Positions 39,314 through 52,527 of a stretch of 64,000 bases of DNA are shown here, one piece after another; position 1 is the stretch's first letter, and every line of letters begins with the position of its first letter. The DNA is taken from assembly GCA_030141605.1 (NCBI GenBank), contig JAQGDQ010000044.1:372001-436000 (forward strand), written 5' to 3'. Position numbers and translations under genes: made by a program. Under the pieces are notes generated by a model that worked only from the letters and a program-made list of their open reading frames with translations, was not told the DNA's origin and searched no databases. Source of the stretch: Tubiluchus corallicola (taxonomy: Eukaryota; Animalia; Priapulida).

Positions 39314-39700
39314 CAGCGGCGGATTATGATTTTATGGGCCTTAGGCTTGAGCTTGGAACGGGCCTTTTAAATGTTGCTACACTGCTGAGCTGACGTGTTT
39401 TTGTGGAGCTCTCGTCGTTTGTAAGTTTGTTTAATTTTGTGAGTTTTTGCCCACCGATTGTGATAAAAATTATATCTTCTTGATCCTTGAGTTGTGGACT
39501 AGGACTATATAAACACGATTACAGCTTGATGAGTTTCTGGGTTAGATGTCAACTAAAATAAGCTAATCAGAAACTCTGAAAGTAACTTTAGTTTCTTACT
39601 AATTTCTTATACTTATTATAATCATTTTATTTTGCCGGGCCCCTTTTGATCCAGGGCCTTAGGCTTCAGCCTATTCGGTCTATAGGGCTATCCGCTACAG
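39314..39700. mobile_element. Non-autonomous hAT-type element
   Basis: Imperfect TIRs cagcggcggat / atccgctacag flanked by a perfect 8-bp target-site duplication cttaaatc (39306-39313, 39701-39708). Confidence 0.8.
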
Positions 39701-40027
39701 CTTAAATCAAGTGCAGTTGTCATATTTTCAGGAAAGAAATTTATGGCCTCCGCAGATAAGAAGCCCGAGGAAAAAACTGGCTTTGTAAGCCGTCGTTCTA
39801 TGTCTAGAAATGTCCAGCATAAATCCATAAGACCACGAGAAGCAACACAAAAATGAGGCAACGAACAAATTGTCGGCCTTAGTAGCAAGTGACAAGCAGT
39901 AGCAAGAAAAGAGGATGTAACAACTGACCTTCTGCCAGCAACATGCTGCAAAACTGACGCAAAATCAGGTCCAACCAGATTGACACTATGATTTTGTAAT
40001 AAATCCAGTAGGCTAACAAAAGAGTTA

Positions 40028-40302
40028 TAATAATAATAATTTCGTCTAAGATAACGTTTAGTGTCGTTCAAGGATAACACCTTAAGTAACTCTATACTTA
40101 TTTCAAAGGTGGTCCCGATTATTATTACCCGCACGTTACTTGGTCGAAGGATACAAGGACAAGGATAAATCCGCCGTCTTGGTCGAAGTACAAGCGGTGC
40201 TGGTACCGTTTTTCAAGTCTTTGGTATGACTCAGTCGAGAGTTGAACCCACCACTTCCCGGGTGGTAAGCGAGCACGCTATCATTGAGCTACGCCACCCG
40301 GT
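40028..40302 (-). mobile_element. tRNA-derived SINE (possibly Meta-domain family)
   Basis: Minus strand A box ggcgtagctcaatgatagc, B box gggttcaactctc, core gtcataccaaagacttgaaaaacggtacc and (ATT)n tail; related copy at ~59130-59310. Confidence 0.65.
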
Positions 40303-42783
40303 ACAAACCAACCTAGATGACTACTAGCCACTCCAGAAATATATTCTCCTATCTAAGATCACGCTATAGCTTACGTGATAAATCCTAAAAGTCATATGAA
40401 CAGTATTGTTGTTTCCAAGTGATGCAGTGAACTACTTAAAAATATAGTGTCTTATAATGTAATATCGCATATTTACAGACGAAGATGATTGTATTTCTTT
40501 CTTCTGCTTGAATGTTAGCAGTATTGATTTCGACTCTCTTACTTTACCATAATGTTCTTTTTATCTCTTTCAGTTTAGTTCAGAAAAAGCAGCACAATCC
40601 GGGAACAGCACTTGATCTTTTGGAAGTTCTAGATCGGACTTATACTGCTTCTCTTGTAGGCTTACTTATAACATTCTTATACGCTACGCATTAACATCAT
40701 TAACATGCTGAACAGATAAATCCCATTTTCCCGTCGGGTTCCTTATCTGCTATCCGTCGGAATTCTCTATTGAAATTGTTCGCTTGACACTTATAACCTT
40801 ACTCACTTAGTACGTGAACACTTTGCTAGGTAATTAGTAACAAGACTTTTATCTACTTAAACTTGTGCTTTTACTAGATATAGTTTCTTTTGCAGGGACA
40901 AGTTCGATCCATTGAAGAGTGCATTCATTTTATTGCGACAATACCAGACAACAATTATGTAACAACTAACAAAGCACGAGATGGTATAGTGTGATATACA
41001 TAGGATTTTATAATTAAAGTAATGCTTTAATAAAATGGACGTGGCACGTATCTATATAATTTGTTGCTTGAATTATAGTCAAGAAGCATTGCTTCCGCGA
41101 CTGTAATGTAATTAATTGTGCAGGTGTTAAGGTGCAAAAAGGGACGGTAAAAACGATGGAAAGATGATGGGTAGTGAAGGATATGGGAATTAGTAGGGTT
41201 AGGTTAGTGAAACGGAGCGAATGAGAATGAATATGAGATTGATGTTAAAGACATTGCAAAAGTATGTATACATTTACGGAATGTGGGCACATTTACTTTA
41301 TTCTGTCCTGTATATCCATTTGTTTATGATGATAACGTCTCGAGTGATTTAATCTCAAAACCTGCCTGTGACGTTTTGATGACATCAGCAACATTATAAT
41401 GTTTGGCGTGCCGGCGATTTCCACCATAAGGTTATTGTATTTACTTTCTTTATATTAAGTGGTACAAGTTTGGCATGATGGATGGGATTTTTTTCCATCT
41501 ATATTCGCTAGGCCAAATTAGACGGCTCAGACACTAAACGAAAGGCTTTTCACAAATCTGCTTATAAGCAACCTTTCAAAGTTGTTTATTTCAAAATTAT
41601 TATATATTATATTATTATGTGATTATTTTTCATTATTAAGCGACCATTCTATTAGTTTGTAATGGTTGCACAGCTGCCCGAGTCTTGGCTTCGAGACTTC
41701 ATCATCATCATCTCTGGGGTCACACGTCTGCTGACATGACTCTTGCTATCACTTTAGACCATGCTGCCCCTGTCACCCACAACCTCCCATGTCTCTTTAT
41801 TTTTGATATCTAATAGTGTGTTGATAAGATCTTTTTGTATGAAATTAATGTGAGTCAGCAGCTATCCTCCTTGTGGTTTTATTTCTTTCTGCAGTGCTTC
41901 TTTGAAAGCTAATGTTAATGGGCTATAATCCGGTAGTTGTATAACATCTCCTACCTGTCTTAATTGTCCCCTTTTAATTATAACCGTCTTTTCCTCTGCC
42001 TTGACTTTGTTATACCGATTCTAGTTTGATATTTTCTTTGGTCATTTTATTTCCAGAATGTTCCCGTGGTTTCCTCTTTGAAATGAATCTACTTCTGATT
42101 TGACTCGAGACTTCGTGTTTGAATTGGAGCGCAAAATTTTACAGACATTTGTAATTTAATAATATCATGAAACTGTATAACAGCAAAAGCAAGTTGCTAA
42201 ATGGAATGTTAAGACATTGATCACAATGATATGATCACAAGATACTAAGTGAAAAGTACATACATTAATTGTTTCAATGGTCTCAGCGTAATCTCTAATA
42301 TGTGCACTGAATTTTTTGGGGAACTTTTTTAATTATTAGATGTTATGTAAACGTGTAGAATCATTATAGTAAGCTGTTCAAAACACAAGCAGCTAAAAAT
42401 GTTACAACAAAATGGAGTCTTCTGCATACTCGAATATCATAAAATTCACGAAAATAGCGTAGTCACACACAAAAATGCTGCAAATATTATTACGATATTA
42501 CAAGATATTTATTTGTTAAAAATAAACATTATTATTATTATTATTATTAAAAAGCATTAAATACAAGCCAAGTAGTAATTAGTTCAAGTCTGGTGTGCAT
42601 TATCATGCTCTAAATTGACCAACAAGTTTACAAAAAATAAAATTTTTAGTTCCTGATAACATTAGGTAAAAGTTTCACGCACTAGTCGCTAGATGTAGAC
42701 ACCTGCTGGTGTGTAAAAAGTACTCCAATTCAGCAATGGCATAGCACAGCCTCGACAGTTTTTATTGTATTCAAATAAAAAAC

Positions 42784-42965
42784 AAAACAAAAAAATTCTT
42801 GCGCATTGTTAACACTATAACTAAATAATTAGTTCTGAACATTTGATACAATGCTCGGATGTCTTGATGAAAAGGCACCGGTGACATCATCATTACATGC
42901 GCACGACACTGCAATGACATCATCGATATGTGCGATGTCGTGTCATCAGCGCGCAAAGTACAACT
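42784..42965. repeat. Inverted duplication, arm 1 (gene C 3'UTR)
   Basis: Near-identical reverse complement of 45406-45585. Confidence 0.9.
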
Positions 42966-43729
42966 ATACAATATAAAACATATAATCTGTGTTGTCACAA
43001 AATCATTCTTTGGCAAAATAATAACACAATGATTCTAATACTATCATTGGTCAGAAAGAAACGGTCACTCTTTCCAACGCGGTGCTATTATTCGCGAAGC
43101 CGAAATGTATCTAAGCATACACACATACACCAGCTATCTTAATACTTAACTATCTTACAATTTCATAGTGGTCGCATGCAGAACAAGTGATTATAAAATA
43201 CGCGACACACTTCTCTATCTGTACAATTCGGGGTGGGATATCATTCTTCCATCAATTGCATAATTCCATATCATACATAATATAGAATCATATCTAAAAA
43301 TTAAAGAACAAACTAAGGCATTTATAGATATCTAAAAAGTGCAAGTATCTGCAAGATGTGTTTCTTTTAGTAAAATTGTCAAAGTGCATTCAAGGTTTTC
43401 TTACGAAAAGTAGAATACAATCTACGAAAATTTTAAAAGATATGGAAATAACGTTATTGATATTATTATTATTAACATCTTTTTATAGCTGTACTTTGTA
43501 TTAACTTGGAACTCGATAAAAATTTGTCTGCTACGTTTTATTCAGATAATCTAAAATGAATTTTAGCAAACGTCATAGATAAAAGTGACATATTGTTTTG
43601 ATATTTTACTTAAGTTTTCCCATAGATGGCACTGCTATGTGCAGAGTCACAATGACGGCAAGGATATGGCCCAGCTTTGATGGGTTATGTTACAGTAACA
43701 TAAGAGGATCAACTAACTAACAGTGACGT

Positions 43730-43894
43730 TTAACGCCGAGACCCCCGCGTACTTGAAGTCACCTCCATATCGTTCAGGACATCAATCGACTCCGTCTCTC
43801 GGTTGCCCTCTGCCGTGCTATAAGGGTAGTCGACAGTGCTAGGGGGTGGCGATGGACCGGAATACATCTGATTTGTTGTTTGTTCAAATATTTC
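43730..43894 (-). CDS. Gene C last coding exon
   Basis: [26 protein letters not shown]…TRGSRR-TAA; acceptor ttttttgcag; minus-strand AATAAA near 42762 and 42508. Confidence 0.8.
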   Translation of the reverse strand, partial: EIFEQTTNQMYSGPSPPPSTVDYPYSTAEGNRETESIDVLNDMEVTSSTRGSRR

Positions 43895-46800
43895 CTGCAA
43901 AAAATGATTTGAAGATTAATAATGCACTAAAAAGAGAACAAGAAACCTCTCAGAGTCAACAAGTAGTAAACCCTTAGATTTGAGTGTTAAATTAGAGGAA
44001 TCAACTGAAACAATTATCTTGTTTTTGCAATAAGTAATTATTACATAATGTCAATCTTTAATGCTGCAAGCTAACTGCTTTTTGCAAAACAACATCATGG
44101 TCTCATTCTTATCAAAACCGCATCTTTAATTTCATAAATTGTAAGGAATCAAGAACACAATTTCCAGGCAGCTTCCACCTGGTTAGCAATATGGTCTATC
44201 ATATTTATCATCGGTGTCAACCGAACACTTACAAGATTTCCCTCTTGCCTTCGATGAGCTCTTGCTGCGCTGCCAAACGCAGAGCTGCCGGGGGAACCGG
44301 ACCTGCTCTGTATTAATTGCTCTTCTCCAGAACTCTGTAACAAAAGAGAGACTAAGATAACCACAAAGACTGCACAAGATTCAATATGTTTTCACTGGTT
44401 TGTGACCGAGAATTTCAGCAAGTTTTACCCTCCACTTTCATATGGCGAGCTTCAGTGATTATTAACAAAATCAGTTGCAACAAATACTGAAAATTCTTGA
44501 CTGAATTATAATAAATTGAATGGATTATGGAATGTCTAGACAAAATTGTCTTACAGTCTTGGAGTACTATAAATAATTATCGTACATTATGTACAATTAT
44601 TATCATTGTTTGCTATTTGCAAAATAAACTTTGTGGGCGGGGAATCTTACTTTTAAAATAAAGGTGATAACAAGTGCAGACATAATCACTGATGTCTCTT
44701 ATTATCAATTTGCAACATGCAAACTCTTTTGACAATTATGCATCGAAAAATACTTTGATGTGCAGAGCATAACTGACCACCCACACTTGCACAGTTATGC
44801 GAATTACACAATAATTATTTTACAAAGTGTAACTCACATCAACTCAGACCAATAACAGAATGTATTCTTCTCCACCCAAGGACACCAGAATTGGTTCCAA
44901 TGTTACAATGAATTAAATATTTATTTTAGTGCACCAGACCAGGTATGGTAGAATAACAGGCCTTGAATCAATTAACTACGTGCCCACTGGTATAGGGAGA
45001 TCATATTTGCTGTACAACGACAAGAGATGGTATCTACCAGTTTTTGAGTTACAAAGCTTATATATACAAGTTTGTTTTGCATCAAAGCACTGGTTGGAAC
45101 AGATTTTATGGTGGAACCCATGAATTACATGTGTTGTCATGGTAAGTCGGTTCTGCATCTTGGGGTCTTTCCATCCATATTGAGTTATTACCGGTATATT
45201 ATAAAATGCCAGCTCTGTTGCGTCTACCTTATTTTCGCCATTTTCTTAATATTTGCAGAATTCTCGAGTCTGGTCTACTTTGAAGTATTTATAAACTTCA
45301 GTGCAGAGCGCAGAGTGCAGAGTGTTAGAATTAACATTAAATTATCACACACAATCAATACCTCTGATTTTTGTGCTCCCTTTTTGGGAAGGAACATTCC
45401 CATGAAGTTGTACTTTGCGCGCTGATGACACGACATCACATATCGATGATGTCATTGCAGTGTCGTGCGCATGTAATTGATGATGTCACCGGTGCCTTTT
45501 CATCAAGACATCCGAGCATTGTATCAAATGTTCAGAACTAATTATTTAGTTATAGTGTTAACAATGCGCAAGAATTTTTTGTTTTATAACTTATTAGATC
45601 TGCTCGTCTCGGCTTGGGAGGAATGTCTTCTTGAGTAATCTTCGATTATCTACATCAAACATCAAAAACTTATTATTAAGACACTGGACCAGCAGAAGTC
45701 TACATTCTCCTGTTGTTACGTCATGTGTATTGTAACTCGTAAAGTGTAAAGTCATAAATTAACAAAACCGACTTTAGAACTGCAGTCTCGAGAAAGAATA
45801 GCTTTGCCAACACTTCGGTAGAGAAAATAGCTTTTTCCTAGTCCAAAATGAAGTACAATAACAAGAAAGTTATGTTCCACTTTATAGCAAATCTTAGAGG
45901 CAGCACAGCTCTCTCCACTCTGCCGCCTTTCTCTCTCTGTTTTCTGTCTCCTTCCCTTTTTTAATGCCTGAGCTGTTTTTTATACCAGCTACTATGCCCA
46001 GTTACAATGAGGGACTAAAAAAAACTAGGTAAATATACTTTAGACAGTGATGCTTCACAATAGTTTCATCTCTTACAATGTTTTGCAAAAATAAAGAAAT
46101 GCCTTAGCAACATACTCCCACAGAGAAAACAATTTAAATACAAAACTGAAACATCCATCAGCACTCCATCAGTGAAGCATGTACTCCAGGGAAAGTGAAC
46201 GAGTATTAAAATGCCCAAAACAAGCTTTGTGATCACCTTTCCATTCATTGGCCAAGCTGTATGATACTTAATTTTGGTCCCTAAGCATACTGTACTGCTT
46301 GGCAATTTATACTTTTCTTGTTATCTTGTTTGTTTATTTGTTTTCTTCTTTTAATTTATTGGTAACTTACCATTGGTAATAACAATTTATTCGTATCAAA
46401 CATGTTAGACAATTATTATGACTTCTATTTGACACTTATGTGAAATATAAGTTGGTAAACTTTAGCAGCAGCTATCTTATTCGTGCAATATCGGTAACTA
46501 GAATATATTTCATGTAATGCTTGAAATATTAATATGCAAATTATTATGCAAATATTTTACACTCAAATTCATGCTGTGGTGCTCAAGATTCTTACCTCAC
46601 TTTGTGAAGCTAGATTGTCCGACCCTCCCACAGTTGATCCCGCTACGCTGTATATGGGAATGTTGACACCGCCCGGGTGACCATCTTCTGACGGTGCCCT
46701 TGCTCGAGCTGTCCGACTCGGCGTGGGTTGAGCACGCACATTCACTCTAGTGGGTGGACCTAAAAATTGATCACCGGTTATTTTTTCCATCCAATAATGC

Positions 46801-49800
46801 TGCAACTATTTAGTGCGCAAATAAAACTTATTTGAATAAATGATGAAAACACTTCACTATGCAGAAAAAACTACTAAAGATAGATTAAAAAGAAAACAAA
46901 TTACGAGCTTAGTTCTAGAATTGGCAACAATAAAACTCTTATGAAAAGTTAAACCATGAAAGTGATGCTCTTACATAATAACTATGACTAGAGTTTAGAC
47001 TATTCCTGTTTTACTGTATCAAAGTTGCTGTACTACTATTTTTAAAACTTGCTTGAGTTTTACGCTTGATTTCCATTCACATGTTCTGTTTTGTTTACGT
47101 GATACAAATATTGTAATTTGTTTGTTTATTTACTTCTGATTACTTCAGAATTACGTACTAAAATGATGCGAAAAACGTTCCCTAAAAATGAAAAAGCATT
47201 TGACGTTGTTGGTTATGATTATAAAAGTTCTGACTTGCACAAAAATGAAACAAAACTTTTATAAGCTGATGCTAATATCACAAACTTGTAAGAACTTTTC
47301 CTGCTATACAAACACAAGTTAAATAATTAATGAAAAATCTCGCAATTTTAGAAAAATAGGAGAAAACAATTAGAAAGCTCCCACAATTCCCAACAATGAA
47401 AATCGTGGAATTTTCGTTAAAAGTTGTTTTTTTAACTATTTTTAATAGTACAATGTTTACCTCCAGTAGCTACAGATGATTGCTGAGCTTGTTGTTGATA
47501 CTGCTCGCTGCGGTGGTCTTGCTGGTACTGCTGTTGTGCGCGCTGGTACTGCGGGTCGGGCTGTGGTGGCATACCGCCCATATAACCCATTCCTCCACCA
47601 GCGGCCATGCCGCCCGCTCCAGCGCCACCTAGATTTTCTTCCGTCGTCATGTGCTCCTCGGTATAGTGCGTCTCTGTTTTTGTTTCGGTTACCGTCGTTT
47701 CTTCGAACCCTCCCTTAGCTTTCGGCTTCTGAGAGCGAGGCGGAATTCTCGGCTGGTGCACATCAACGGTCGCGACCGTGCCACGCCCGTCGGCCAAGTC
47801 TGTCCTCTCTTCGGTTTCGGTGATGTGTTCTGTGGTTGTCGTAGTCTGCTGCTGCTCCGAGGTTCTGCCGCCACCGCGTCCGGCTGCTGCCACGGCTGCA
47901 GGCATTGTGGGAATGCCAGCCGGGCCAGCGATAAGGGGGGTGTCTGATAAGCTACCACCTTCGCTTGATTCTCGTAGTGATGTATAATCATGGCTGTGAA
48001 GAAAACAATCAGTTGTAGAACATTACATTATGCATGCTGAGCAAAACTGGATAGAATACAGTATTACAATAAACTTACACATTTAAACTCTAAAAACTTC
48101 CATGAGGAAGTCACTGGTTTATGGTGAAGACATGATTTAAACCTGAATCTTTTATTATTCAAAGAATGCACGTTTTTGGAATAATGATACAGCTTGATTT
48201 TCCATACACAAAAGTAGCACCAGTAACTGGTAACGCATTCAGAATTCAAGCCCCGGTTAAATGAAAAAGCATGTAATGTCACGACTCATGAGTGAAGAAT
48301 AATTCACATTAAGGCCATTAAACCATTTAATAAAACCTTATTTTAAAAGACACAGCCATTCAAGATGACTAATTACTTTCCTTTCCTAACCCTAAAAGAA
48401 TTAAGACAAGTGAAACTTCCACAGCCAATGACCCGGATGCTACTCACTGTGAAGTCTCGATCATGTTGCTCTCCTGCATATTGTTGTAAGCCCTGATAGG
48501 CATTGAGGTCGGACTCACTTCACCTCCGAAATCTGACCCACCTCCTCCAGGCTGAAACATGCAATGGAACACACTGAAACAACCTCTAGGTTGACACTAT
48601 AAAATGGTAATTTGTACAAGTAATTTTGTTATGCATTATATATGAATGTAATGTGTATATCATAATAAATTGATGTAAATTTTGTCTTATGTTTATTATG
48701 TACTTGACTTATTGTACTATGCCTTTGTATTGTACTATGTACCTATTGTATCTATGTAAGTAAATGAGTGCACTGAATTGTTGCTTTTAGTCTCAGTTTT
48801 GTGCACTAGTAGCTTATAGTTTTGCACCAGATGCATTTGCCTTTAGCAATGTTTAACAGAGAAAATATTTTTAGCACTAAGGATGGTAATTTTATTGTAA
48901 TCTATTTTAAAGCAAAAAATGTATATTATATATATTTATATTTTTCTGTACAGCTCGATGCATTTCAAACACTCAGTGACTGGGTTTACTACCATTACTG
49001 AATCTACTGCATTAGCAAACAATGAACTGCTATTTTATAAACTTTAAATAAAAAAACCTCAAATTAAAACAAGTTTTCCTTTTGAAACACTGAAAATACT
49101 GCAGTTTAGCACCTACATTCAAATGAAACTAATAAAAATAAAAAACACAAACCCTGAGCTGGGCATGAGGAATGTACAGCTGCACGTTGCTTGATGCGTC
49201 GCTGCCCTCTCCATGCGGTGAGCCACTGAAACGTGAGCCAGATCCGGTCCCGGCTGCCATGAGGGCATTCTCGTAGGCCGCAGCTTGGGCCTCTTGTTCT
49301 CGTAAGCTTGATCCACTGACCAAACTACCAGGGTGAGCCTGTAAAAGAGTTCTAAGTCTTAACAAATACATGGACAAGCTGTTACACAGTAGATGGGAGA
49401 AAATGAAGAAATAACTTTAATGCAGTAAAGTCAGGAGAGTTGAAATGTATTGAACATTCTACTGTAAAGTTCTACTAAATACAAGTGAACTTGAAGTTAT
49501 CAGTCTAGAAGTCACAAACTAATCAAAGTCATGATAATCTCCAAGTCTTGTTTGCTGTCCACAAAAATATATAACAGAATTTCTCTATGCATTATGTTAT
49601 ACTAGTTGTGTCTGTTCGTAATTAAACAAAATTTTTTATCTCAACAGGCAAAATCGTTATCAGTGTCCAAGCTACTGACTAATACAAAGTAAGAACTGTG
49701 TACTTTGTACAAAGTAAAGTATGTCCAAGCTACTGACTAATACAAAGTAAGAACTGTGTACTTTGTACAAAGTAAAGTATGTCCAAGCTACTGACTAATA

Positions 49801-52494
49801 CAAAAAAGTGCTTTAGATAAAGTTTGGAAAAATGCTGAAGACATTAAAATCAAATGTAGTTTTGCAATGCTTTACGTCCACTCATTACGGCATCAAACTT
49901 CAGTCTAAGTCATAAAGAATATGCAGAAGTTTCCTGATCACAAAAAATATGGCAGTGCAAATTCAGCTGTACTAGCCTTAACATAACTCCTTTGCCTTGC
50001 AGAAGAATTACAATTCAAAACTTCCCCCACTGTCCAAAATGTAAAATCTTTAAAGAGTTTCACGTTAGCAAAACTTCTTAATGAAACAGTACATAAATCA
50101 TTATGTTTTAGAATGGCTATGGATGAACACTCACCGATGCACCGCCGCTTCCGCCAGCTTTCACCCGGGGAATCAACAAAGACGGAGACTTGGCTTCGGC
50201 TATGCTACTCTCGGCCTTGCCCTACAAAACAAGAACAATAAATGGTGACAAGTACTTTGGACTATTAATTTGTCCCATCATGAAAAACTATATTCAGTTT
50301 AGAAAGTACATCTATTTTACACTTACATACAAGCTAATTCAGTCTTAATTATCGGATGTGCTGCAGGAGGCACATAATCTATTAAGTTATTTGGACTGCT
50401 GCTGAAAATCCCCAAGAATTGATTAGATTGCCTACTAATTGATTACTTATTGCCAAAAACCAAAAATGATATTTCAAAAATAAATCACTTATTAGGTTCT
50501 ACAGCAAATATAGACAATTAGACATACAGTTTAGACTACCAACGGCAAACTGGTTTCAACTGCACAGTGCCAAAGAAAAAACGATTATTTTTCAAGGTTC
50601 TTAATCTAATTGACTAAAAGCAAAATAAGATGTATTTGTAGCTTCGCAATGAACTGGTGATGAATTTTTTTACAAGCATTCTCAAAGTTAGTAAGGAGCC
50701 CGAGGAGCACGATGAAAAGATTTCTGCAACTGTATTCCACTTTACACTATTGTAAATGTACAGTAATAAAATGCTTACAGTGTATCCAGCCCACCAGAGA
50801 CCACGCCTCTTCTTCCTCCTAAATTAAACAAACAAAGCATTAAAACAAGTAAACAAACAAACAAATAAACAAGAAAAACAATCTTATGTTTGGAAATCTA
50901 ATACAAAAATTAAAAAGAGAAAGCTCGAATTAATAAGCATATGAGGCATGTTTTCTTTGCATAGTTTGGCAGTAAACTTGACCTAGATCAAGCATTCAGT
51001 TAGCAGTCCTACTTAATGTATATGGTTGTTGCAGGACCAGAACCTAGCCCATTATCAAGGATAATCCTCTAATTAACTAAGAAGTACTTTAACATCCAGA
51101 ACCGCTGAGCTACATAAAATTGTGACCAAATTTTCGCTCCATAAATACTCACTTTGCTAATGCCCAGCAGAGTGCAGCACAGCAGCAGAGGAGTAAGAGG
51201 AGGAGTCCGAGGGGTACCACTGTAGCAACAAGAATCACTGTACCATCCGTCTCGCAGTGGTCCCCGCTCCATAAACCATAACATCTGACAAAAATGAAAA
51301 CGAAAACCATTATTAAGGCATCAAATTTCGACAGCAATGCATTATTATACAAATGCAAATTCAGTAGGTTAAGCTTTGACGTGCATCAACTTTCACTCAC
51401 GAACAATGGGAGGTAATTTATGTTTGATGCACATCAAGTTTATACCTACAACAACTCTCATTGCTGTTTGCAGATGTAACTACAAAGTACAGCAGTTTAA
51501 TTTTTAGCAGATCACAATTTTTAATTACACAATTTTATTGAAAAAAATTAAGAACTGTCCCTGATTATTTAACGCTTGCTTGACCAAGTGTTTATTATTA
51601 TAATTACCCGATTAGTCCATTTTTATGCGAATCAAGTAGTTATTATTATTTTGTCTTGCACCATAACAGATACAGCCATACATACATATACACAAAATAT
51701 AACAAGGAATAGCTAGTATACGTACACAAAATAAAAAGAAATTAATATGCATAAAATAAACAATTTATAAAAGTGGCTTTAATTTTCACTTATCCTTCAC
51801 AGATAATCTTGCAAAACATACACTAAATGCATTAATAACTACCTTTTTAACATTCGCGTTAGTAAACCGCAAAGGTAAGTCATATTTTCGTTTAATAATG
51901 ATTGAAACATTACGCTGTTTCAATCATTATTTATACCAAAAATGATAGAACTAAAATACCTAATTAAATACACCCGAAAAGTTTATGTTTATCCAACAAA
52001 TAATACCCACCTGCAGAGTGGTTGGCTGTCTGGACCGACCACACACTGACCGTTGCCGTTACAGAAATCGGGTGGACACCCTAAACAAAACGAGAAAATA
52101 TGATTCTCCTGTAATTCATGGCACACATGTAAGAAAACACCGAATAAACTGAAACGAAATAAAGCTGACCATCATAAATTCTTCAGATAAGCAATACAAA
52201 AACATGAAGTTGATTTTCATGACTAGTGGCTCATACAGCAACTTGGTAAATTTGCATTTAGTAAACTTTTCATTGTATTTATGCTTTATTGAGTGAATTG
52301 ACAACACTTGCTAAAATAATCTAATACTTACAGACACATAATCGTCCCGTCGCTGGGTCATCCGATGGACTGGCATCAATGTAGTCTCCACGACACTGGC
52401 AAGTAAATGAACCCGGAATGTTCTCACAGATCGCGTTCTCGTGACAGTCATTTAGATCCGGATCGGCACATTCGTTCAGATCTAAAACATGCAG

Positions 52495-52527
<33 letters not shown>

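Noticed and set aside
39688-40134. 148-aa minus-strand ORF
   Set aside because: Overlaps SINE and MITE ends, has no recognisable domain and no clear splice context.
40225-40302. tRNA gene (also tRNA-like bits at ~14020, 15160, 22960, 59135 and 61130)
   Set aside because: No intact cloverleaf; they are degenerate or continue into SINE core sequence.
47476-47987. Plus-strand and alternate-frame ORFs over GC-rich exons (also 7906-9157, 19367-19832, 58516-58801)
   Set aside because: Shadow ORFs of real exons.
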